Below, piece by piece: positions 13,794 to 24,305 of a stretch of 64,000 nucleotides of DNA. Position numbers and translations under genes: made by a program. The DNA lies in NCBI RefSeq assembly GCF_004010195.1, contig NC_057718.1, positions 24,004,605 through 24,068,604 of the forward strand, written 5' to 3'. Origin of the DNA: Chiloscyllium plagiosum (lineage: Eukaryota). The notes under the pieces were generated by a model. That model did not search any database, had not been told where the DNA came from, and saw nothing but the letters and a program-made list of their open reading frames with translations. Numbering within the stretch: the stretch's first letter is position 1; each line of letters opens with the position of its first letter.

Positions 13794-14138
13794 GGGCGGC
13801 ACAGTGGTTAGCACTGCTGCCTCACAGCGCCAGAGACCCGCGTTCAATTCCCGCCTCAGGCGACTGACTGTGTGGAGTTTGCACCTTCTCCCCCTGTCTA
13901 CGTGGGTTTCCTCCGGGTGCTCCGGTTTCCTCCCACAGTCCAAAAGATGTGCAGGTCAGGTGAATTGGCCATGCTAAATTGCCCGTGCTAAATTGCCCGT
14001 AGTGTTAGGTAAGGGGTACATGTAGGGGTATGGGTGGGTTGCGCTTCGGTGGGGCGGTGTGGACTTGTTGGGCCGAAGGGCCTGTTTCCAAACTGTAAGT
14101 AATCTAATCTAATCTAATCTAATCTAATCTAATCTAAT
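13794..14138 (+). mobile_element. HE1-type V-SINE
   Basis: A/B boxes, V domain, long (TAATC)n tail. Confidence 0.9.
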
Positions 14139-14334
14139 CATTTACAACACTCACTGGCTTATCAGCTACAAAGAGCCAAGTTGGCAAATTCACTGTCTGC
14201 CAAATTTGTATCAAAGTGCAAGTGACCTATTTGTGTCATATCATGGGATATGGTTAAATTACTCATAGAGAAGCAAGAAAAGGGTTATCTTAGATTTTCT
14301 CAGAGGCAAAATGTGAAATTTTGCAAGTATGTTA

Positions 14335-14530
14335 GGGCAGCAAGGTGGCTTCATGGTTAGCACAGCTACCCATAGTGCCTAGGGATGTGCAGGCTAGGTG
14401 GATTAGCCATGGGAAATGCAGGGTTACAGGGATAGGGTAGCGGTGTGGGTGGGATGCACTTTAAAGGGTCAAGTTAGACTCAATGGGGCTGTATGCCTTG
14501 GTTCCATACTGTAGGGATTCTGTGATTCTA
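14335..14530 (+). mobile_element. Internally deleted V-SINE subfamily copy
   Basis: tRNA head fragment joined directly to ctagggatgtgcaggctaggtggattagccatggg...gggattctgtgattcta tail, as in the copy at 18790. Confidence 0.65.
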
Positions 14531-14550
14531 CTCTATAAACGGGAAGAGTG

Positions 14551-15118
14551 GATTTTATCAGATGTTTGTGCGGGACATAAGGAAATGCAAGAATTTTGAA
14601 TGGATAAGTACTTCAGACTACAGCATGGGTTTAAATCACCATTTTCTGAGAAACCATTTCAACTGGCTGTAGGCATCAGTATATCAACATTCGTTTGTGC
14701 TGTGTTGTCATAGGAAGAGGAGTTGGGGACCAAATGCCTAATCAGTTATTTATCCAACAAAGTAAATGTGTGTCAACAGAGATACTCAAGAGGAGAAAGT
14801 CAGAGTCTGATCTTGGCTGTACAAATATTTGTGATTCACGTACTAACAGTTCTTCAGAAGGCTGTCTGTATATATGGATCACAATGCTGGTGTTTTTCAG
14901 AATGATTGAGTTAAAAAAACTCGTTGTTTTGTTACAGTTTTTGATAATATAATTCATATTCTAGCAGAAACTTTAAGAACAAATACCATTAATATGAATA
15001 CTATGATCAAAATTTAGCTGTGTATGATTATTATAAAAAGTCTTATGTTTAATGAGGTTTATTACTGTTAATGCCGAATAGAAACAGTGTTAAAGTTGAT
15101 AGAAAATGGCACTGAAGG
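14551..15118 (+). repeat. Left arm of ~570 bp inverted duplication
   Basis: Reverse complement of ~16283-16894, roughly 85-90% identity by eye. ORF-track peptides at 14695(+) and 16410(-) share TNICDS.T.SSSEGCL.IWITMLVFFRMIE. Confidence 0.9.
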
Positions 15119-15358
15119 ATACCTTTACACTTTAGGACTGGGAGGAATGAAGATGTTTTATTTAAGTTTACTTGTGGGTTGAGTGGTGCTGCCTGCGCCA
15201 GTGTTTATTGCCTGTCCCTACTTGCCCTTGAAGGTGGTTGTAGTGAGCTGCTGCCTTGAACCATTGCAATCCATGTGCTTTATATCTGGTCACACAAAGC
15301 CATTAGTAAGGCAAGTCCAGAAATGTGACCCAGTGACATTCCAAATGGTGAATGGCTT

Positions 15359-15746
15359 CTTCAATAAGGGCCAGCACATTCAACAGACTGAATGGGTGCC
15401 TCCTATGCAGTAAACCACTGAGTGATTCTATGATAAGGAGATATTAAAGTAAATGGTCAAAAATTGATCTGGTCATTTACAGTATTGTGCACCGTTTTGG
15501 GCTCCATATTTCAGGAAGCATGTACTTGTCCTGGAGCGTGTTCAGAGGTGGTTCACAGGAATGGTCCCAGGAATGAACATATGAGGAATGTTCAAGGACT
15601 TTGGGTCTACATCAATGGGGGATCCAATAGAAACTAACAGAATACTGAATGGCCTGGACAGAGTGGATGTTTGCAAGATGTTTCCATTGGTCGGAGAGAC
15701 TAGGACCCGAAGGCACAGCCTTGGAGTAAAGGGAAGGCCTATTAAT
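15359..15746 (-). repeat. 388 bp inverted copy of 47857-48244
   Basis: Colinear without indels, about 6 substitutions; includes the LINE/non-LINE junction of the donor locus. Confidence 0.95.
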
Positions 15747-15750
15747 GCCC

Positions 15751-15966
15751 TTTAAATGCCCTTTTTATTTCTTCCTGTACATTTTCTGGCCTACGATGTA
15801 ACTGCTGTTATGTGATCTGTGACCTGGCTTCCACCTACACTGATGCTCCATGTTACCTTTTTACCCAAGGTTGTCTTTCACCACCATCTAATGATGATCA
15901 TAACCAGCAGAGTTATCTCTCCACTGTTTCTCAGCTTGTCTTGTTGAATTGTCATACTATTCAATA
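15751..15966 (+). repeat. Direct copy of the 56543-57359 locus without its PLE
   Basis: 15751-15844 = 56543-56636 (2 mismatches in 94); 15952-15966 = 57345-57359 (TCATACTATTCAATA, exact). Confidence 0.9.
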
Positions 15967-15975
15967 TTAGTCCCT

Positions 15976-16088
15976 GTATTATTTTCACCATGGACATCCA
16001 GTCCCTGTACACCTCCATCCCCCATCACGAAGGACTCAAAGCCCTCCACTTCTTCCTTTCCCGCCATACCGACCAGTACCCTTCCACT
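15976..16088 (+). mobile_element. Short PLE reverse-transcriptase fragment
   Basis: Encodes FTMDIQSLYTSIPHHEGLKALHFFLSR..DQYPST, homologous to the minus-strand PLE at ~6890-6975. Confidence 0.8.
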
Positions 16089-16282
16089 ATATATCAAAAG
16101 TGGAATAGAGAACTGTATAGGGCAAGCACGGTGACATAAGAGAAAAGTTTAGATTGGTCTATAAGTTGCGCAGTAATGTTTGCTTTGAAATCTGCAAGTT
16201 ATTAAAAATTTTAAATCTAATGTGTGCATTAGGTTCTCTTGTAAGAAAACTTTGGAGCCGAATCTCCCCAGGAGATAGGTAA

Positions 16283-16894
16283 CCTTCAGTGCCATTTCCT
16301 ATCAGCGTTATCACTGTTTCTATTCAGCATTAACAGTAATAAAACTCATTAAACACAAGACTTTTTTTAATAATAATCACATAACTACGTTTTGATCATC
16401 ATATTCATATTATTTGTTTGTCCTTAAAGCTTCTGCTAGAATATTATTGATTATAATTATTATATAGTTAAACTGTAACAAAACAATGAGTTTTCTTGAC
16501 TCAATCATTCTGAAAAACACCAGCATTGTGATCCATATAAACAGACAACCCTCTGAAGAACTCTTAGTATGTGAATCACAAATATTTGTAAGCCAGGACC
16601 AGACTCTGACATTCTCCTCTTGAGTATTTCTGTTGATGCACATTTAATTCGGATAAATAACTGATTGTATTTGGTCCCCATCTCCTCTTCCTATGACAAC
16701 ACAGCACAAGCAAACATTGATATTACTGATGCCTACAGCAGTTGAAATGGTTTCTCATAAAATGGTGATTAAACCCAGGCGGTAGTCAGCATGGTGCTCT
16801 GAAATATTTATCCATTCAAAATTCTTGCATTTCTTTAAGTCCACCAGGGAAGCAAAGAGAGCACTGAAATTCAGCACAAACATCTGAGAAAATC
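16283..16894 (-). repeat. Right arm of inverted duplication
   Basis: ccttcagtgccatttcctatcag pairs with 15096-15118; cacaaacatctgagaaaatc pairs with 14551-14570. Confidence 0.9.
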
Positions 16895-18789
16895 TTGTGA
16901 ATAGCAAACTTAATGGGGTAGTTTATCTGGATCTGAATCACTGCAAAGTGATGTTGGGGAATTTTTATTCAAACTGTTTTTAAAATTTATTTTTGAAACA
17001 AGTAGATAACATGGTTTGTTTTATATTTGTCTCTTGAGCATTTAAAGTCTGTTCGAGAAACACTGCAGTGATTACTTTGGTGAATGACCACTGTTGTTAA
17101 CTAAAAGGTAGATGTTTTAAAAATCAGGCCAGATTTCATTCTGCAATCTGACTTGTCCAGTGGTGCACCAGTTGAGATCATCATTGTAACACATCTTAGC
17201 TACCTGTATGAGTTACCTGTTGTGACATTTGCAAAACTGTGTACTGACACTCAGAAATCCCATTGAAATAATGAACAAATGCACCTTTCACTTGCAGCAA
17301 GATCTTAAATTTCTCAGGTGCTAGTCTTTGTTTCCCTTCTTTTGCTGATTTTTTAAATTAAACACGCCCTAGTAGCTTAGAAAGTGTTGATTTGTGTTAG
17401 TCAGATTTGATTCCATTACTATGTGAAGGAATTCTTTTAAAAATATGACCCCCTCAGTGTTTGGATTATTAGCTGGTATAATACTTTGCAGATGGTGGAC
17501 AGCATCTTATTGCGTCTCTTGATCAACCGATTCGAATAAAATTTGGATTGCGGTGAATAATTGTAAAATCTAGCAGGTCAGTAGTGTGAAATTGTCAAGT
17601 AACCAATTTTTCATGGCTTCAAGTTTTATGTTTCATTTGACGAGGGAAATATGGCCAAGATTTTTAATTCCAAACCAAGTAAAAGTGGCAGTAGAAATAG
17701 GGAATGGTGTCCAGAAAGGATTTGATTATTAACATAAATGTATTTGTATTTTCAGGGAGAGGTGAAATACTGAATGAAGTGAATCAAATCCCCGATCTGG
17801 AATTTTGCAGTTTTGAGCACGTATTTAAAGTTTGCAGCAATGTTTGTTCCCTGTTGCATGGTATAAGGACCAGAGAATTAATTAACTGCGCATGGATAAG
17901 GCATCTAAGCCCAGTTTTATGATGTATGAACCATGGCTAGTGTACCAAATGAGAATCTAGATCAAAGCAATTCTAACTTTTTAACCTTGGGCTGCTTTTC
18001 TACTTTGTACTTTATTTTTAAAGGAACATAAAATGTAACAGTTTGACATTCTGCCAAACCGTGGTTGACTGCCAGCAAGTATTGTAAATGCCAGAAACCC
18101 TGCTGGTAATGTGCTGATCCTGAGTACATAATCCCAATACAAAGTTCAGGTTTTAACAATGTTGTCCTTTCAGACTTGAGCTCTCCTTTTACTGAAGTAA
18201 ATTCATTATTGCAACAGCATAACTGGCCTTGCTTTTTAAATGATAGCAGCTTTCCCATGTAGCCACATGGGTCTGTTTATAGCTCATCAGGACAACTTAG
18301 GGATTTTCCTGCCGTCGACTTGCTGTTCCTTTGTCTTCGCTTGGTCACTGCCCTGCTTGTCTCAGTACATGCCTTTGTTCTGTGGCAGTACAGGCTCCAA
18401 ATGGATTAAAGGGAGCTGTGGGAGTTTAGAGAGCAGTCTTTATGGTTAATTTTTTTTCGCACCGCATCTGCAAAAATCAATTGACGCTGAGCAAGAGCAT
18501 TAACGTGAGTCAGTTTTTGCTGATTTTTATAAAAATTGCACTTCTGAATAAACATACAATCTTAAAACAATACAGACCATTTAATCTTGCTGCATAATTA
18601 GTGCTTTCAAAAGAAGCTAACCCTCTTAAATTTTGCACTTGCTGTGCATAAATATGAATTTAGTGCAAGAACGTTGTCATGTTTCTGTGTAGATATGAGT
18701 TGGTCTCCACATGTCCAATGTATAGTATTTTTATGCATCATTGATGTGCAGAAACTAAAGACTTACCTTAGTCTTAATGTTCCAGAGCC

Positions 18790-19130
18790 ACATGGTGGGC
18801 CAGTGACCTCTCAGCACCAGAGGCCTGGGTTTGATTCCAACCTCAGGTGACTGTCTCTTTGCATGGAGTTTACACATTCTCCCATTGTCTGCATCAGTTT
18901 CTTCCGGGTGCACCAGATTCCTCCCATGGTCCAAACTCCCATCTGTACTTTTGATGGATTGGTCATGCTAAATTGCTCATAGTGTCTAGGGATGTGCAGG
19001 CATGGGAAATGCAGGGTTACAGAAAGAGGGTGGGGGTATGTGGGTCTAGGTCGGATACTCTTTGGAGGGTTCATGTGGACTTGATGGGCCAAATGGCCTG
19101 CTTCCAGACTAGGGATTCTATGATTCTATG
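18790..19130 (+). mobile_element. Older V-SINE copy
   Basis: Diverged tRNA head, V domain and gggattctatgattcta tail. Confidence 0.75.
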
Positions 19131-20459
19131 TCCTTGAGCTTTGCAAATGTACTTTGTTAGCATTTATTTTGATTCAAGTACCAGTGCTACTTTTTAAATG
19201 CTGACTTGTGTGACAAACATGGCAGCCATTTTAATAAAACATTTCCCAATGTGCAGTGGTACATTTAATGTCCTTGAATTTGGTGTGGCAAAAAGATGGG
19301 GTATAAATTACACTGAATGTCTTTTACTCCTGACACCAAAGGACTGTTACTGAAAATGTTTCTTTGCTTCAGTGCTTGATTTTGAGTCCAAACTGCTTGC
19401 TTTAAGGGTCAAAACCTTTGTTGATCTAGTACTTGTCTTTAAAGTACAACACTGGAATGCCCCCTTCAATGTTAAACTCCAGTCCTTATTTGATCCGGCA
19501 CTAATTTTCTCTCCTCACCTCAGAGACTGAAGCTTGAATATTAGTTGTACTTTGAGCAACGTTTTTCTTTCTGTGACTGTGAAAATATAGCATCTGTTGA
19601 TTTTTTTTTTGAGAATACAAAGCTGTAATATCGTTACATTATGAAATGAGGGAGCAGGACATGTGGCAGCGGAACTTTCTCTCTCTTCTCTACTTATTGC
19701 TTTGCTTTGTCTTCTGTTCATTCATGTGATGTGTGTTTTTGGAGGGAAACCTGAAAGCAGCAATCCCTCTTATTTTCTCCAGCTGTATAGGCCATGGAGT
19801 GTGACAACAGAATGTCTGGGGAATTGGAAATTAATGCTGTCATTGGTGTGGTCGAATTTTTTTTTTTTTTTTTTGGAGCACAGCCGTGTCGCTAACTGGG
19901 AATGTTGCTTGCAGGGCTGGTTTTTGCCCCTAAGTCTGCTGTTTTTTTTTTTGTCATTCTAGGTGGTGGGGTGACTGTTTATGGATATGGTGGCAATCAT
20001 GTAGCAGCAGTGTGTGTCATCTGCAAAAATGTACCACAGAAATTGACCAATGTTCCTTAGCACCTGCCCAACCCACAACCTCAACTACACAAATGGTATT
20101 AGGCAGTACATGGTCATTAGCAGGAGGTTTTCCTTGCTGATGTTTGCTCTGATGCCATGAAGCTCCTTTTGGATCCAGATTGAAAGCAGAGGCCTCCCAG
20201 GGCACTGGGTACCACTGTTGCCAGTCTGTTGGATCTGACCTGCTACTGGGACAGGACATCACCACCATCGATGGTGTATCTGGGAGACCTTCTGTCTGCA
20301 ATGTCAGGCTAATGCTTGAGACAGCTCTCCAATCTTGACACTATTCCTCAGATATTAATAAAGAGGTATTTGTAGAGTCAACCGGGCTGAGTTTGCTATT
20401 GTTTCCAATCGGTCTGGTTTACCTTGTATATTTTAGTAGTGTTTTTGACCTTTTTAGCG

Positions 20460-20930
20460 TCGCATGTAGGCCAGACCAGTTAGAGATGGCGGATTTCATT
20501 CCACAAAGAAAGTTTGCGAACCAGATGGTTTTTATGATCAAAAGAGAAGATGTTGGAAAATGTCAGCAGGTCTGGCAGCATCTGTAAGGAGAGAAAAGAG
20601 CTGACGTTTCGAGTCTAACTGATCCTTTGTCAAAGCTAAAAAAAGGGAGAAATAGTATAAATACCTCCCTATTTCTCCACTTTTTTTTTAGCTGCTGAGA
20701 TTTTCTGGCATTTTCTCTTTTGGTTTCAGATTCCAGCATCCACAGTAATTTGCTTTTACCCAGGGTTTTTATGATCAATGGTTTCACCATTAGGCTTCAT
20801 TTCAGTTTTTCAAATTCAAATTCCACCATTTGTTGTGATGGGATCTCAACCCAGCTCTCCAGAACCCACAACTTTAGATTACAAGTCCACTGACAATACC
20901 ATCACCTCCCTACTAGACCATTGTCCTTCA
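20460..20930 (-). mobile_element. Old tRNA-derived SINE (second family), interrupted by a PLE-derived element at ~20540-20758
   Basis: catgtaggccagaccagt...ccagatggtttttatgatcaa, resuming as ggtttttatgatcaatgg...ttcaaattccacc...gggatctcaaccc. Similar copies at ~23990-24300(-), ~25380-25720(-), ~50320-50660(-), ~58250-58520(+). Confidence 0.6.
20599..20637 (-). ncRNA. Minimal type I hammerhead-like motif with U3:A8 core variant
   Basis: Reverse complement reads AGCU UUGACAA A GGAUC AGUUA GACUC GAAA CGUC AGCU. Confidence 0.55.
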
Positions 20931-21199
20931 TACTACATCATTGCCCCCTACTCCGAGAGATGAACTGATGCAGTAACTCATTAGTCTCCTTTTCAACAGG
21001 GCAAGAAAGTTCCTATTCGAGAACATTGTTTATTCAGCATTCACATCCCAGTTCATGAAATGCTTATTCAAATAAATATCTACGACAGGGAATTATGCAC
21101 GCTTGCATGTGCTTTATTTCTCCCCCCACCCCACACCCCCGTACCAGTTTTTTTTAAACTGTGTAATAACTGGGAATGGTGGAAATAAGTTACTCAACA

Positions 21200-21363
21200 A
21201 CTCGTCACCTATTGTACTCTATGCTACTTTCTCCCCACCCCCACCCTCCTCTAGCTTATCTCCCCAGCTTCAAGCTCTCTGCCTTTTGCCCGAAACGTCG
21301 ATTTTACTGCTCCTCGGATGCTGCCTGAACTGCTGTGCTCTTCCAGCACCACTAATCCAGAAT
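21200..21363 (+). mobile_element. PLE pLTR fragment (CUGAUGA strand deleted)
   Basis: gcccgaaacgtcgattttactgctcctcggatgctgcctg matches the pLTRs at 53166 and 57230. Confidence 0.7.
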
Positions 21364-22566
21364 GTGTAGAGTTATTCCTACTACTGAATAATATCTCACT
21401 GTGGAAGCTTGGATGTTTGCTATTACTGATCTTATAGCATTTTAATAGTCTTTAATCTTGATATTTCAGGCTAACGTATGTGTCTTCATTATTATTTCAT
21501 GCCCTAACATTTATAGAAATTGTTGGCAGAGCCGGGCTTTTAACCTCCTGGTTTGATGTCTGTTAGAATGTTTCAGTGTGGTTGACACCTTGAGCTTGAT
21601 TACCATTGTTGTTGGATGTCTGCTGTTCCCTTCAACATCACCAGATTGAGATAAACGTTGCGAAATGTGAAATCCCATCACTGGTTGCTTTTGAGAAGCT
21701 GTCTTTGCTGCTCACTGCAAAACCCAGTCCCATGAATATTCTCCAACATGAGTCAGCAAATTGTTCTTTCAATACTCCCACCTCTTACAATGAATTTTTC
21801 ATTTCTCTTTCTTGATGTAGATTGCAATTTCCCCTTTCGGCACGTTTTTCTTTTCCTGCAGTATATCCCAATGTTTGTAATGTAATTTTTAACACACCAA
21901 TATTAATCTGGTCGACCAGGATTTGTTGTTTATGCGATTTTACTGAATATTCAGCTGGTCGGATTAGAGCGTGAAAAGTAAAAGTAAGAATGTTGCTGTT
22001 CTAACCACATCGCTGAGCCAGGCACTGAATCCTGCTCAAGTTTATGCAAATTTGTCTTTTTTTCTCTAACTGGTCTGATGCTGACTTTGTCCAGTAGGCA
22101 TTCAGCTCGCAATAACCCTGTCTAGTGCCCTTGAATGTGCATGTTGCAAACAAATACACTGTATAACAGTGGGTAGTTTTATAGTGAATGACTATGCTGG
22201 TTTTTAATACTCAGATAATTTTGAACTGAGTGTAGGAGAGGATTAGCGTGTCGCTGTAACCTGGCTGTTTAATGATTTAGTGCAGTCTTGTTTGTCGTCT
22301 GATACCAGATCAGTTACATTGGAAGTTGATCTCTCAGGTCTGTATGCGTTGCCATCTCTGAGCCCTGCAGATGCTGTGGACATTGCACAGGGAGCCTTGT
22401 GATGCAGTAAGATGTGAGGGAAATCATCATCAGGTAATAGAATGTAAAGAAAAACAAAGATTTCAGTGAGGACCCTGCTAAACCTTCAAAGGATTATCCT
22501 GCTACAGTTGAACTATGGAAATACAACACAGCAGAATATTTGATCATGGATAATAAAAGTTGAAGG

Positions 22567-23421
22567 ATGTGCGGTGGAACTCAGCAAGCCCGGAAAAAAT
22601 TACGTATGTCTGTTTGTGATAAGGGAGCAGTAGATGTGGGGGATAAAATGCAAGGCCAAACTGAACAATCCTCCTGTAAAGCGATGAGCAACAGCCTGAG
22701 TTTGGCTAATATCCTGAGCACTGCATTGGAAACAGCAGAAAAAACTACAGTAAGTTCCTGCTTAGCTGAGAAAACGGACAAAGCCTCTTCAAGACCTCCT
22801 GGTTTTCTGTCGGAGCAAAGGCAAGCAGCTGAAGTAACTGCGTTGCAACACTTGGTCTCTACAGAGTGGTTAAAAGCGTGGGACCAGGAATCGAGCAACA
22901 ACAATGAAGGTGGTGATGTTTATGAGGGGATAAATGGGGTGGTGGTTTGCAGTAGTGGAAATGGAAATGCTTTAATGATGAGAGAGAAGAGTGTGAAGAG
23001 AGTGCAAATGGGCCAGCCACCACCCAGTCTGAACTGCAGAGGCTGTGCCGGGAGTATTTTTGGCTCTGCATCAATCGATTATTGTGATCAGATTGCAACT
23101 GAAACCGGTGTGGAAAATGCTGATGTGGTACCCAGAAGGAATAGATTTCTTGATGACTGTAATAATAACTGGTCCTGTGAGACCTCCACTTCTGCTGCCT
23201 CAGAAGGAAAAGTTCCAGAGGTTTTCACAAACTTGCTGATAGTGAGGAAGGACACTAAAGTAGGTGAGCGAGAAACTCTTTGTAAAATGAAACAAGCAGA
23301 TCCTGACCTAGCTTTACTGAGGTTGAAGAGGACTGTGCGACGAAAATGTAACGAAGCCTTAATTGCCCACCATGATCTGCAGACCAAGGGAAGACCAGAG
23401 CCGGGTAGCAGTTTTGGGCAG
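22567..23421 (+). CDS. FMN2: Candidate alternative first coding exon of FMN2 (285 codons, low-complexity Ser/Cys/Glu-rich)
   Basis: Longest non-transposon ORF in the window. In-frame TGA at 22561 just before ATG 22567. CAG|GTAAAG donor at 23421/23422 falls on a codon boundary (phase 0), matching the phase-0 acceptor at 23739. No transcript evidence available. Confidence 0.6.
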
Positions 23422-23738
23422 GTAAAGCAGTGTAGTGGTATAACTCTTAGTACTGTACAGGAAATATCCCAAAAGACAGCTCTCACTTCTACTTTTGAAA
23501 TGGTGTGTAGCATAAAGCATGATCTATTTGGATTGTGGGAAACATGCGTTTTCTTGTGTTCTTTTTGATACAATCCTTTCTCAGACTCTGGCTCTCCAAT
23601 GTACAGTTTTGAAGCTGTTTTGTAAGAAGCACTGTTTATTTGTTTTCTAATCCACTTGAAAGACTATAGCTGTTCTGCCTCATCAGTGAAAGTTAATGCT
23701 GACTTTTTTTTTTCCCCTTGTTTGGTTCTTGAATAAAG

Positions 23739-23883
23739 CAAGACAAGCTGTACACGTGGGCAGCAGTCAGCCAACCGACCCAGTCACGAGACCACGTGGA
23801 AGGTCGCGTCCCTGGGAAAATTCAGGCTGTGTGGCCACCTGCCAAACCCTGGACAGAGGGAAACCTGAAGTCTGCAGAATCTG
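23739..23883 (+). CDS. FMN2: Formin-2 internal coding exon B (probably exon 3); missed by the ORF track
   Basis: Polypyrimidine tract, then aataaag|CAA; donor G|GTGAGC at 23883/23884; 145 nt, phase 0 to 1. Translation QDKLYTWAAVSQPTQSRDHVEGRVPGKIQAVWPPAKPWTEGNLKSAES contains FMN2 QDxLYTWAAVSQPT and the FMN-family QAVWPP motif. Confidence 0.92.
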
Positions 23884-23989
23884 GTGAGCAAATGTGATGG
23901 GTAAAGAGCCAAACGTTTGAAAGGTTTATTTCAATAAAGCTGAAGTCTGTTGGTTGTTGTATCTTTGGTTTCTTTGCACTTTGTTTTGT

Positions 23990-24305
23990 TAATTCGTGGG
24001 ATGAGGGCGTCGCTAGCTAGACCACAGGTCAGTTAAGAGTAAAACCACATTGCTGCGGGCCTGGAATCACATGTAGGCCAGGTCATGTAAGTATGGCCTG
24101 GCCTAACTGACAGTAGTCAACCAGATGGGGTTTTTCTGACAATTGACAATTGATTCATGGTCATCATTCGACTTTTTTTTTAAATTCCAGAAATTTTATT
24201 GAATTCAAATTCCACCGAATGCCACGGTGGGATTTGAGTCCTGGTAACCAGAACATGGTCTGGATTAACAGGCCAGTAATAATACCAATAGGCTATTGCC
24301 ATCCC
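23990..24305 (-). mobile_element. Old tRNA-derived SINE (second family)
   Basis: cagttaagagt..ccacattgctgcgggcctggaatcacatgtaggccag...gaattcaaattccacc...gtgggatttga. Confidence 0.6.

Noticed and set aside
14695..16643. Two similar hydrophobic small ORFs on opposite strands, suggesting a duplicated small gene
   Set aside because: Explained by the inverted duplication; starts and frames are not conserved between the arms.
19940..19975. Strong-looking acceptor (poly-T...ttctag| at 19962)
   Set aside because: Phase-0 reading hits TGA at the fourth codon and runs into an old LINE fragment.
22581..23573. Minus-strand ORFs of 107 and 161 aa
   Set aside because: Antisense shadows of the long + strand ORF, with no independent signals.
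23696..23887. ORF-track 63 aa peptide over exon B
   Set aside because: Off-frame; the FMN2-like frame starts at 23739.
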